Below, piece after piece: positions 47,847-57,357 of a stretch of 64,000 nt of DNA (position 1 is its first letter; every line of letters starts with the position of its first letter). The translations under genes were made by a program, and so were the position numbers. The notes below the pieces were generated by a model. It saw nothing but the letters and a program-made list of their open reading frames with translations, did no database searches and had not been told where the DNA came from. The stretch is from positions 144,933 through 208,932 of the IMG/VR virus record IMGVR_UViG_3300035703_000008; one strand, 5' to 3'.

Positions 47847-48274
47847 GCAAGTTCGCCCAAGGCATCTACAAGGTCACCAACACTGACAAGTATGCGGGTC
47901 GCCGCGAACCCAGGTATCGTTCGGGTTGGGAGCATGCCTTCATGCGATTCTGCGACAGCAACGACAACATCATACAGTGGGCATCTGAATCTATATCCAT
48001 ACCCTATCGCCATCCACTCACGGGCAAGATGACCATGTATGTGCCTGACTTCCTTGTGATGTATCGCGACAAAAACAATCAAGTTCGAGCTGAAGTGATC
48101 GAGATCAAGCCCAAGAAGCAAAGCGTGATCGAAAGCCGAGCATCGGCACGAGATCGTGCCATAGTGGCTGTGAACTATGCCAAATGGGACGCTGCTCAAA
48201 AATGGTGCCGACGCCAAGGGCTCACGTTCCGCGTGGTCACCGAAGATGATCTGTTCGTAAATGGAAAGAGATAA
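47843..48274 (+). CDS. gp4: head completion nuclease (TnsA-like)
   Basis: KY.G....YRS.WE..FM..CD....I.W.SE...IPY, YVPDF, EIKP.KQ, N.AKW.AA. Confidence 0.9.
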   Translation: MSKFAQGIYKVTNTDKYAGRREPRYRSGWEHAFMRFCDSNDNIIQWASESISIPYRHPLTGKMTMYVPDFLVMYRDKNNQVRAEVIEIKPKKQSVIESRASARDRAIVAVNYAKWDAAQKWCRRQGLTFRVVTEDDLFVNGKR

Positions 48275-48297
48275 ATAACATTGTAAAGGATTATACA

Positions 48298-49041
48298 ATG
48301 TTATTCGAAAACAACAAATATACTAAGTGGTATAATTTAATAGTTCAAAATGCACAAAATAGGATGACGGACTTATCCTATTTTGAGAGACATCATATCG
48401 TTCCAAAATCTCTCGGCGGCACAAATAATAAAGAAAATTTAGTAATGCTTACAGCCCGAGAGCATTATGTTTGTCACCTGTTGCTGACTAAGATGCTCTC
48501 TGGAGATTCAAAAAGAAAAATGATTTATGCATTTTGGCAGTTATCAAATCAAAAGAATTCAAGTCAAAAAAGATATTGCCCAACTAGCAAAACATATGAG
48601 ATCGCCCGAAAAATGTTTGCAGAGTGCCATTCTGCCAGAATGAAAGAAAATCATCCCTTAAATGATGAAAACAATAAACGCAAACATCAACTTGGAGTTG
48701 ATAAACGCGGACCAACTTCGGTTAAAGGAGCAAAGCGGCCAGAATCAATGAAAGAGAAAATGAGAAATAGAGTATGGACAGAGAAGGCAATACAAACAAG
48801 ATTAGATAATTGTCTCAAGAATGCAGCCGCAAGAAAAGGTAAATCCTGGTCCGAGAAAAAACGACAATCTACTCTTGACACTTATATAGAAAAAAATATA
48901 GATATTGCTTTAAAAATTATCCCTTTGCACGAATCTGGAATGAATAATCTCCAGATATCAAAAGAATTAGGAATTAGTTGGGAAAAAGTCAAATATACTC
49001 TGAAGCATAAAACGGATTTTCTGGCGTATCGGCCGCGGTAA
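48298..49041 (+). mobile_element. free-standing HNH homing endonuclease
   Basis: ERHHIVPKSLGG.N..ENLV.LT.REH...H.LL; basic NUMOD-like middle; C-terminal HTH; markedly AT-rich. Confidence 0.85.
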
Positions 49042-49048
49042 ATACGCG

Positions 49049-49576
49049 ATGACCAAGAAACTGGAAGAACTGTTTAACCTACCCACCAAAGATGATGATG
49101 CCGAGCACGATGGCATCATAGATTCAGATCCTGCCGAACCCGGCAATGATTTACAGGCCAATCTCCCGCTGTTGCCTGAGAGTCTCGAAGCTCTTGACAA
49201 GATCGAAGCTGCACTTCCTGCGGTACGTGGTCTAGATGCCAGCGATGCTGAGATGGACGAACTGGCAGCCAAAGCCACCAAAGAGTTCGACAATCTCATG
49301 GATCTAGGCATGAATGTAGACAGTCGCTATGCATCAGAAATTTTCTCGGTGGCCAGCCAGATGCTGGGTCATGCCATCACGGCCAAGACTGCCAAGATGA
49401 ACAAAAAACTGAAAATGATCGACCTGCAGATGAAAAAACTCAAGCTAGATCGCGACGGCAACGACAACGATTCGACCTTGCCTACGGCACAAGGGCATGT
49501 GCTTGATCGCAACGACCTCTTGAACCGCTTGCTGGGCAAACAGCCCTCGGGCAGCTCAAACGATAAAAAAAGCTAA
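49049..49576 (+). CDS. putative terminase small subunit (gp16-like)
   Basis: helical 175 aa, DLGMNV..R....F..A..L pattern and C-terminal DRNDLL; assignment by recall only. Confidence 0.5.
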   Translation: MTKKLEELFNLPTKDDDAEHDGIIDSDPAEPGNDLQANLPLLPESLEALDKIEAALPAVRGLDASDAEMDELAAKATKEFDNLMDLGMNVDSRYASEIFSVASQMLGHAITAKTAKMNKKLKMIDLQMKKLKLDRDGNDNDSTLPTAQGHVLDRNDLLNRLLGKQPSGSSNDKKS

Positions 49577-49596
49577 ATATCGCATAGGATCCTGAT

Positions 49597-50199
49597 ATGA
49601 AAAAACTTGCACAATACCTGGCGGAGTCTGAAAAAACCTTTGATTACCGCATCAAATTCGTGGGTGAGGTACCTGCCGACTTTGTTCGCAGCTTCAAAGA
49701 AAAACTCAAAAAGTTTGATCCGGTGAGGATCACAGATGCCAAGACCACTCCTATCCTGGCTCGGCCCGCGGACTTTCCGGCACACACCAACCAGCGTGTG
49801 TCGATCATGGACTGCACTTTCCGTTATCCAGCCATCCCGCCACAGATCGCCCAGATCGCCAAGCTCCTGGGGCTTGATGAAGATCGTATCTGCATCAACG
49901 ATCTACACTGGGCCGAGGGCATGGACCAGGAACTGGCCGGTATCGACAGTCAAAGCCAGGATCTCTTAAACACACCTTATCCGGCAAACAGTCCCGAGCA
50001 GAATGCTCTCAAAAAGGACTATGCTGCCGCGGCCCAAGACAAACAAGTGGTAAAAAATTCAGCCACAGAAGCCACATGGACAGTGGCTGGAGGACGCACT
50101 CCTCCCGCTGAAACCACCAATGATTTGCCCATGGGAGTAAAAAGCCCAATGACGTCGATGAAAAGACCGCCACGGCCTGCCACAGGATTCCAGAAATAA
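49597..50199 (+). CDS. putative head protein
   Basis: N-terminus MKKLAQYLAE resembles the T4 capsid-targeting sequence. Confidence 0.6.
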   Translation: MKKLAQYLAESEKTFDYRIKFVGEVPADFVRSFKEKLKKFDPVRITDAKTTPILARPADFPAHTNQRVSIMDCTFRYPAIPPQIAQIAKLLGLDEDRICINDLHWAEGMDQELAGIDSQSQDLLNTPYPANSPEQNALKKDYAAAAQDKQVVKNSATEATWTVAGGRTPPAETTNDLPMGVKSPMTSMKRPPRPATGFQK

Positions 50200-50206
50200 G
50201 GACACT

Positions 50207-52105
50207 ATGATGAACAACATGTATGACATACTCGCAAAAATGAACCTCTTGGAAGGTCGAGGCAGCAAGCCTGACTTCTTGGATCTTGACAAAGACGGCA
50301 ACCGGTCAGAGCCCATGAAAGATGCCGCCAAAGAAGTTGACGAAAGTGCGCTACAAGCCTATCTTGGCAAGAAGAAATATGGCAAAGAGGGAATGAAGGC
50401 TTTGCAACAGGCTGGTCGGGAAGGTGCCAGTAAAGAAAGAATGGCATCTATTCGAGATCGTCATGACAAAATGGACGAAGCTGAATTTGGCGAAGGCAAC
50501 GAGTTTTCGGGCGCTAGACAAGCAGCCATCCGTGCTGGTAAACCCACGTTTTCCGTAGACGGCAAGACATATCGAGTTACTGGCGATACTTCAGATGAAA
50601 AGTCCATGGCAGAAGGCCGCACCGAGTATGATCCAGTGACAGGCACCACACGCCATCGCGGCAGTTATGGTACAGAATACCAAGGCGACGACGGCGATGA
50701 CGATGATTACGATCAGTGGGGCAATCGCAAGCCTGGTGCCAAGAAGAAAGCCGCAGTAGATCCCGCGGCACCCAAGCGTGGCCGTGGACGTCCCAAGGGC
50801 ACAGGTCGTGCCATCGGAGCCAAAGGTCCCACAGGTACGAGCAAGCTCATGCGTGAAGAGGACATGGAAGAAGCCATTGGTGACCCTGAAGGTCGTGGCG
50901 AGAGAGAAGCACAGCGCCGTCACCTGGCACGGGATCACAAAAAGCTCAACGACCTTGAGCGGCGTGCTCTAGAAAAAGCCAAGCAGACCAAGCTGCCTGC
51001 CAAGAAGGCCATGGGCGAAGACTACGACAAAGACGAGTACGACGAAGAAGGCGAGATGGCACAGAGTCAAGCTCGTACCATCGAAGATGCTGCTCAAGAG
51101 CTGCAGAGCATTCTTGATGCCCAGGAGAATCTGCCTGAGTGGGTACAAAAGAAAATCTCCCTGGCCATGGACTACATCGACACTGCTAGAGACTATCTTG
51201 CTGCCAATCGTCCCGAAGATGCGATGGTAGCAGAAAAAGCTGTGAGCAAAGCACAGCGTGCTGCTGCTGGAATCGCACATGCTGCACAAAAAGGCGACAT
51301 TCCCAAATCTGAACTGCGCGGTGCTTCCAAAGAAATGGCCAAGATGGAGCCCAAAGAACTCCGGAAGTTCGCCAAGACCCGAGAAAAAGGTCTTCCTGAG
51401 AAAGTCCGAGAAGTTGATATGGGCCAAGCCGATGCTCGCAAGACCTCTCCTTCCAGCAAAGAACACAACGATAAAGTTTTTGCCAATGCTCGCGAACGAT
51501 CAAAAAAAGAACGTGCTGAGCACGAGGCCAAACAAAAAGAAAAATCAGTCGAAGAGACCACGGTAGCAGGCTCAGTGGCCGTCAGCGATGCAGCACCCAA
51601 AGGCAAAAAAGGCATGCAGTTTGGCAAAGGTGTATATGAGAGCCGTCTAGAAGAAGGTTTCCAAGCGAGCTTGGATTCCGTGCTCAACGAAAGCATGAGC
51701 ATGAATGTCAGCACCGACGACCAGGGCGGGAAGAGCCTGACCATCACAGCCACCGACGCTGATGCAGAAAAGCTGTCCGACATACTCAAGCTGGCAGGCA
51801 TGCAAAGCAGTGGTTATCGTGATGCTTGTCCCAGTTGCGGTGGCATGCACGAAGGCGCTTGCAAGATGTCCGAAGACCTGGCCAACAGCCCTGATCCAGT
51901 TTCGGCCGAACTGGGCGACACCGGCGACTATGGAGTGGCTGGCGGCGTCAACGGTCCCAAGCAGCAAGTGAATCCCAACAATGCCGGCGACAATCCTTTG
52001 GCCATGCGCGACCTTGGTCGCACTGCACACACACTGAGCCTGGGCAAAGTGGACGAGAGCGTGGAACAGCGTCTCTGGGACATCTACAAGCGATACGAAT
52101 CATGA
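50207..52105 (+). CDS. modular charged internal head protein (AT-hook, DUF3008-like segment)
   Basis: KRGRGRPK AT-hook; KAVSKAQ..AAG.A..A.KG.....L.GASK.M DUF3008-like segment; many hydrophobic-X-E sites. Confidence 0.7.
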   Translation: MMNNMYDILAKMNLLEGRGSKPDFLDLDKDGNRSEPMKDAAKEVDESALQAYLGKKKYGKEGMKALQQAGREGASKERMASIRDRHDKMDEAEFGEGNEFSGARQAAIRAGKPTFSVDGKTYRVTGDTSDEKSMAEGRTEYDPVTGTTRHRGSYGTEYQGDDGDDDDYDQWGNRKPGAKKKAAVDPAAPKRGRGRPKGTGRAIGAKGPTGTSKLMREEDMEEAIGDPEGRGEREAQRRHLARDHKKLNDLERRALEKAKQTKLPAKKAMGEDYDKDEYDEEGEMAQSQARTIEDAAQELQSILDAQENLPEWVQKKISLAMDYIDTARDYLAANRPEDAMVAEKAVSKAQRAAAGIAHAAQKGDIPKSELRGASKEMAKMEPKELRKFAKTREKGLPEKVREVDMGQADARKTSPSSKEHNDKVFANARERSKKERAEHEAKQKEKSVEETTVAGSVAVSDAAPKGKKGMQFGKGVYESRLEEGFQASLDSVLNESMSMNVSTDDQGGKSLTITATDADAEKLSDILKLAGMQSSGYRDACPSCGGMHEGACKMSEDLANSPDPVSAELGDTGDYGVAGGVNGPKQQVNPNNAGDNPLAMRDLGRTAHTLSLGKVDESVEQRLWDIYKRYES

Positions 52106-53010
52106 AAAGCCTCAGAGACTACATCACCGAAGCTGAAATCTGGGTAGATACGCCTGCCCAGGGCGATGTGTTGGCCATCAATATCCGCGAAGAATGCCTG
52201 ATCGAAACGCACATCGTTGATGTGCGTACAGATGGCGTGGTGGTACATGCCGATGAAAAAATGATGAGTCTGCTGGAAAGCTATGGATACGCAGCCGAAG
52301 AGATCCGTAGATACGGTCCAGTGGGCACAGGCAGTGGCACTGGCTATACCGGCGTTGCCGAGACCTGTGGCAGCGAAAGCAACTACGAACCCGAAGATGC
52401 TTTTCAGCGAGTCATGGAACTGGCCGGACTTGGCACACCCAATGCCGCACACAACGATCCCCTGGCGGCCAAGGCCGCAGATCTTGCCCCTGTGGGCACC
52501 GAACAAGACCCCACCACTGCTACCACAGTGGACGAAGGCGTGATGTCAGAGGTAGATCAAGACTTGCAAGACATTGCTGACAGCCAAGATTTTGACATGC
52601 TGTATGCAGCCTTTGACGGCGAGATGGGCGGAGCAACCAAGACTTGGTTGGACAACATGTTTGCTAGAATAGCACAGCACCGTCGTCTGCATCCCGATGA
52701 TCAGCAAGAAGAAATCCTAGAGATCATGATGGACGAGATTGTGGCTGATTACGGCACCAACATCAGCGAAGCTGAATATCAGGGTCGTAAAGTACAACTA
52801 GGCAAGCCCACTCGTGGTGATGTGAAAAAGTTCAAGGTCTATGTCAAGGATCCCTCCACTGGCAACATCAAAAAAGTCAATTTTGGTGATCCCAACATGA
52901 AGATCAAAAAATCAAACCCCAAGCGCAGGAAAAGTTTCCGCGCACGCCATAACTGTGACAATCCAGGACCTCGCACCAAAGCTCGGTACTGGAGCTGTCG
53001 AGCCTGGTAA
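52102..53010 (+). CDS. putative internal head protein with basic C-terminal module
   Basis: MKSLRDYITE N-terminus; C-terminal VNFGDPNM.IK...P.RRKSFRARH.C......ARYWSC.W. Confidence 0.7.
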   Translation: MKSLRDYITEAEIWVDTPAQGDVLAINIREECLIETHIVDVRTDGVVVHADEKMMSLLESYGYAAEEIRRYGPVGTGSGTGYTGVAETCGSESNYEPEDAFQRVMELAGLGTPNAAHNDPLAAKAADLAPVGTEQDPTTATTVDEGVMSEVDQDLQDIADSQDFDMLYAAFDGEMGGATKTWLDNMFARIAQHRRLHPDDQQEEILEIMMDEIVADYGTNISEAEYQGRKVQLGKPTRGDVKKFKVYVKDPSTGNIKKVNFGDPNMKIKKSNPKRRKSFRARHNCDNPGPRTKARYWSCRAW

Positions 53011-53022
53011 AGGAACCGATCA

Positions 53023-53301
53023 ATGGCACAAGCCAACGTTTATACTACCGCATCCGCACAAACATGGTACACCGACAAAGCCAGGATAGTCACTGGCACC
53101 AATCCGGTGACTTATCAAGTCAATGTGGTTTATCCATCAGCCACAGGCAATCTCTATTCCAACCCTGCACAAGCACCAGCCAGCAGCATCACCGAGATCT
53201 ATGTGGGAGTGGGCAACAAGCTCACTGTTGTGGGCGGCAATGTCACCATACAAGAACTGGGCACAGCCACTTCGGCACAGCGCAGCGTGAGACTGGTCTG
53301 A
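53023..53301 (+). CDS. small structural protein
   Basis: 92 aa, RBS AAAGGA. Confidence 0.65.
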   Translation: MAQANVYTTASAQTWYTDKARIVTGTNPVTYQVNVVYPSATGNLYSNPAQAPASSITEIYVGVGNKLTVVGGNVTIQELGTATSAQRSVRLV

Positions 53302-53672
53302 TGCGAGCCAGAGAATTCCTTGCCGAACTCAAGAATAAAAACATATCCAAGCGCCAGCAGACAGCCACTCGCGGGCTCAATATCTATTCTGATTCAGAGA
53401 GGTGGAACAGTGATTACACCCTGAGCCGCCTGGGGCAGGCCGTGGCCTGTACTGATGGTACCAATCTCCCCGATGTCGACCCCAAGAGTTGGTTTGGCAA
53501 ACACAAGACCACACATCCTTATACTCGCGAAGAACAGGCCATGCTCAAGCAGGCTTATCGAGCCATTGGTGCCAGCTACAAAGATCTCAACGGCGGCGAC
53601 ATGGATTCCGAAGAGCTGCCTGATACCAATCGCCAGAGTCCAGTAAAACCATTCCGAGGGTATCCAAGATAA
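53301..53672 (+). CDS. hypothetical protein
   Basis: TGATG-coupled start MRAREFLAE. Confidence 0.65.
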   Translation: MRAREFLAELKNKNISKRQQTATRGLNIYSDSERWNSDYTLSRLGQAVACTDGTNLPDVDPKSWFGKHKTTHPYTREEQAMLKQAYRAIGASYKDLNGGDMDSEELPDTNRQSPVKPFRGYPR

Positions 53673-55234
53673 TGGAACCAGATCCACAACAAGTGCCGCC
53701 ATGGTATCTGCGTAATATAACACAGGCACTGGCTCTCAATGAATCTACTGGCAACGTCTATGTTCGAACTGATGCCCAACTGACTCTGGGTAATGTAGGG
53801 AATGTCAATGTCACTGATGTTGAAATATTAGCTCTGGGAAATGTTGACATATCAGGTAGTAACTTACCAATTTCGGGCAACGTTGGCATCATTGGTAACA
53901 TAGCAGTTGATCCTGTTACTGGCAATGTTGGTATATTAGGTAATGTGAATGTTTTACAAGGTACAAGTCCCTGGGTTGTATCCGGCAATGTAGGGATTAC
54001 AGGTACTGCTAATGTTGTGTTAGCCGACGATGCTAATGTGGTCATTTCAGGATTTGGTGGTGCTACCAGTGATGCATTTGGTAGACTACGAGTAAGTAAT
54101 CCATTCACATTGTTTGATACTAACTCAAGATATTACGATCATCAACAATTTAGTAGTTTGATCAATGGATCAGCGAATGTGGTATATGTCGCAAACCAAA
54201 GTAGTTTTCAACTCAATGTAGGTTCAAGCTCAGGTGATTCTGTAATTCGTGAAACAATGAAAGTATTTCCTTATCAGCCAGGTAAGAGCCAGCTTACATT
54301 GCTTACATTCTGTATGAGTACACCAAAAACAAATCTACGCCAGCGTGTGGGATTGTTTGGTGCCAATGATGGTGTATTCTTTGAAAACGATGGCACATAT
54401 AATTACATGGTGATTCGTTCTGGGTCCACCGGCATAGAAGAACGGGTGAGACAGGATGCATGGAACGGAGATAGGTTGAATGGTGCAGGCGGTGCAAACA
54501 ATCCATCGGGCATCACACTATATCCTGATCGAACACAGATTTATTATGCTGATGTTGAGTGGTTAGGCGTGGGATCAGTACGAACTGGATTTATCATAAA
54601 CGGCAGCTTCGTGGTGTGTCATACATTTAATCACGCTAATCAGTTGGGCAATACCAAAGTTTACATGACCACTGCTACATTGCCCATACGCTATGAAATC
54701 ACCAATACCGGTGTCACTAGCGGTGCCAGCATGATGACACAGATTTGTAGCACAGTCGTCAGTGAAGGTGGATATAACAGTTTTGGTACTACCCAGACTT
54801 CAGGTACAGGCACTACACCTAAAAGACTGACCACTGCTGGCACATACTATCCCATTGTTAGTATCAGGCTAGCCCCAACAAGATTAGACAGTATTGTTTT
54901 TCCTAGACAGATCGATGTGTTGAGTCCATCGGTTAATTATTACAGATGGACATTGTTGCAGAATGCAACTTTGACTGGTGCTACTTTTGCCAATACCAGT
55001 CCAACTGGAACTGTGCAGATCGATACTGCTGCCACTGCTGTAAGTGGCGGCATAGAAATTCAAACAGGATATGCCGGTTCGAGAGAATTGTCGCAATTAA
55101 GTGCAGTTGATTTTTTCCAATTCCAATTGGGGAGAACACTAGCAGGAGTCAGTGATACTGTTACACTGGCCATAGCAGCAACAGCAAACAATGCTGATGT
55201 GCTTGCTGAACTTGGATGGCAAGAATTGACCTAA
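53672..55234 (+). CDS. putative virion structural protein (beta-rich)
   Basis: 520 aa; GN repeats, then DAFGRLRVS.P.TLFD, YQPGKS, EWLGVG.VR.G. Confidence 0.7.
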   Translation: MEPDPQQVPPWYLRNITQALALNESTGNVYVRTDAQLTLGNVGNVNVTDVEILALGNVDISGSNLPISGNVGIIGNIAVDPVTGNVGILGNVNVLQGTSPWVVSGNVGITGTANVVLADDANVVISGFGGATSDAFGRLRVSNPFTLFDTNSRYYDHQQFSSLINGSANVVYVANQSSFQLNVGSSSGDSVIRETMKVFPYQPGKSQLTLLTFCMSTPKTNLRQRVGLFGANDGVFFENDGTYNYMVIRSGSTGIEERVRQDAWNGDRLNGAGGANNPSGITLYPDRTQIYYADVEWLGVGSVRTGFIINGSFVVCHTFNHANQLGNTKVYMTTATLPIRYEITNTGVTSGASMMTQICSTVVSEGGYNSFGTTQTSGTGTTPKRLTTAGTYYPIVSIRLAPTRLDSIVFPRQIDVLSPSVNYYRWTLLQNATLTGATFANTSPTGTVQIDTAATAVSGGIEIQTGYAGSRELSQLSAVDFFQFQLGRTLAGVSDTVTLAIAATANNADVLAELGWQELT

Positions 55235-55235
55235 A

Positions 55236-55448
55236 ATGACCCTGGAAGATCTGCAAAGACTTGCTGGAATTTCGTTGTCGGGTTACGGTAACAGCCTGCG
55301 CCGCACTGCCGAGGGATCGAACATCAGTATCACGGGCACAGAAAAAGCCGAATTGCAACGCAAGCACAACATCGAACCTGGTACTCCCGAATGGTTCCAA
55401 CTCTGGTTTAGTCTTCCTTTACTCACCGGCGAACGGCCCGTTAAATAA
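55236..55448 (+). CDS. hypothetical protein
   Basis: 70 aa LQRLAGI...IEPGTPEWFQLWF, abutting the upstream stop. Confidence 0.65.
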   Translation: MTLEDLQRLAGISLSGYGNSLRRTAEGSNISITGTEKAELQRKHNIEPGTPEWFQLWFSLPLLTGERPVK

Positions 55449-55452
55449 TCCC

Positions 55453-56178
55453 ATGCTATTGATATCAGGTTGTAGCTTCGTTGACAACGAAGATTTCCCA
55501 GTGGCCTCTTTTGGCCCCGGAGTGTTCATGGATCAGCATGCCCGGCACCTTGGTCGCGGCGGTGCCGGCAATTACTACATCGCGCAAAGTGTGTTGGACA
55601 ATCTCGACGGTGTAGATCGTGTGTTTATACTATGGTCAGGACTGCATCGCATAGATGTGAGCTTGCCAAAGAGTTTGCTCGGCGAGCTCGGTACCTATGA
55701 TCATGCTCATGAAACACGTGACGAATTATGGTTTCATTCAGGCGGGTTTGCTGGATCTTGGCACAGCCATAGCCGACATCGTTATCCTGATTGGTTATAC
55801 CAGTACCTACAAGCCCAGTATCGCAGCATGGATTGGCAGTATCTCAATCATCGCAGCCTGAGCGTGATAGCATCTTGTTTGGCAGTGTTAGAAGCACGTC
55901 ACATACCCTATGCTTTTGGTTTCATCTATGACATACATCGAGACTACAGCGATACACACAGTGCTCTAGGAACTCCGGTTGACGTCACGGATCCCGTCTA
56001 TCGCATGATCCCCTGGCATCGGTGCCTGAGAAATACACCCTTGGAATTCTGTGCCGAACGGGGATTGCTGCAGGACGATGGATTCCACCCCACTCGAGAA
56101 GGCTATCATCAGTGGTGGCAGTCAGTGCGAGATCAAGTACCGTTTGGTCTTTTTGGTGCTGCACGCCGGGGAAAGTAA
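55453..56178 (+). CDS. SGNH/GDSL hydrolase-like protein
   Basis: GCSF, G.GN, DGFHP..EG motifs; ATG 5 nt after TAAATA. Confidence 0.7.
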   Translation: MLLISGCSFVDNEDFPVASFGPGVFMDQHARHLGRGGAGNYYIAQSVLDNLDGVDRVFILWSGLHRIDVSLPKSLLGELGTYDHAHETRDELWFHSGGFAGSWHSHSRHRYPDWLYQYLQAQYRSMDWQYLNHRSLSVIASCLAVLEARHIPYAFGFIYDIHRDYSDTHSALGTPVDVTDPVYRMIPWHRCLRNTPLEFCAERGLLQDDGFHPTREGYHQWWQSVRDQVPFGLFGAARRGK

Positions 56179-56187
56179 ATAACCTAC

Positions 56188-57339
56188 ATGGAACTCAAAT
56201 ACTGCGCTGCGCCCTGGAAAGGGCTGCACATCAATTTCCGCGGTGATGTCAAGACCTGCTGTGCTGGTGACCCCAACATGCTGGGAGATCTCAATCATCA
56301 CACCATACAAGACATCGTTTACGGCCGCACACTGAAAGAAATACGCCAGAGCATCAAATCTGGCGTGCTACATCCTGAATATTGTTCCAATTGTATCAAA
56401 GCCGAAAAAAACGGACGCAGCGAACGGCATTGGCACAATGATGTCAATCAAGACTTTGATGTGTTGTCTGCTGATGACGACTACTACGATCCCACCATTA
56501 TTGACATACGCTGGAATACCACTTGCAATTTGTCATGCAACTACTGCGGTGAATACTGCTCCAGCAAATGGCAAAGCATCAAAAAAGGCATACCCATCAA
56601 AAACGGCGCACGACCCTACTACGAGCAGGTGTGCGACTTCCTGGAACATCATGCCACAGACATAAAAGAAGTGGCTCTAGTGGGTGGCGAACCGTTTTTG
56701 CTGCCCGAAAATGAAAGACTCATAGATATCATTCCCGAGGATTGTATCGTGACATTGATTACCAATACTTCGGTACAACTGGAACGCAATGCCATCTTCC
56801 ACAAGCTCACCCAACGCCGGCGTGTTGGCTGGTCAATGAGCTTTGACAACATTGGCGCACGATTTGAATACGTGCGCCACGGCGGCGAATGGGATCTACT
56901 GAATCACAATGTGGATCTCATCAAGGATCTCATGACCCGTCAAGGTCACTGGGGCGGCATACATGCTGTGTACAATGTGTATAACTGCACACGCTTGGTT
57001 GAATTCCGGCAGTGGGCACACGAACGCGGACTCACTATCATGTGGCAGACCTTGTTCCAGCCTGAATACCTTGACCCTTTGCAGCACGGATCAGAACTGC
57101 GGGAATTGGCCGGTACTGAAGCACAACGATTGTTGGACACCTGCGGTGATATCCTGCAAGATTCTGAACGAGATTTTTTCATGCATGCAGTGACCAATCT
57201 CAAAAATACTGCTCCTCGATCAGAGTATCACAGTCAACTGTTCCGGCAGCATATCCAGGACAACGAAAACATCTACCATACCGACAAGCTGGGTCAGTTC
57301 ACAGAGCTCTGGCCCGAGCTTGCTTTCTTGCTTAAATAA
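56188..57339 (+). CDS. radical SAM protein with N-terminal Twitch/SPASM-like cluster
   Basis: YCAAPW...TCC...CSNC, CNLSCNYC, GGEPFL, ITN. Confidence 0.88.
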   Translation: MELKYCAAPWKGLHINFRGDVKTCCAGDPNMLGDLNHHTIQDIVYGRTLKEIRQSIKSGVLHPEYCSNCIKAEKNGRSERHWHNDVNQDFDVLSADDDYYDPTIIDIRWNTTCNLSCNYCGEYCSSKWQSIKKGIPIKNGARPYYEQVCDFLEHHATDIKEVALVGGEPFLLPENERLIDIIPEDCIVTLITNTSVQLERNAIFHKLTQRRRVGWSMSFDNIGARFEYVRHGGEWDLLNHNVDLIKDLMTRQGHWGGIHAVYNVYNCTRLVEFRQWAHERGLTIMWQTLFQPEYLDPLQHGSELRELAGTEAQRLLDTCGDILQDSERDFFMHAVTNLKNTAPRSEYHSQLFRQHIQDNENIYHTDKLGQFTELWPELAFLLK

Positions 57340-57357
57340 TCCACAAGGAGAATCACA

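Noticed and set aside
39635-55452. Extended N-termini given by the ORF track (39635, 40674, 41087, 45689, 47747, 53064, 55261)
   Set aside because: They overlap upstream genes; internal starts match domain boundaries, RBS or stop-start coupling
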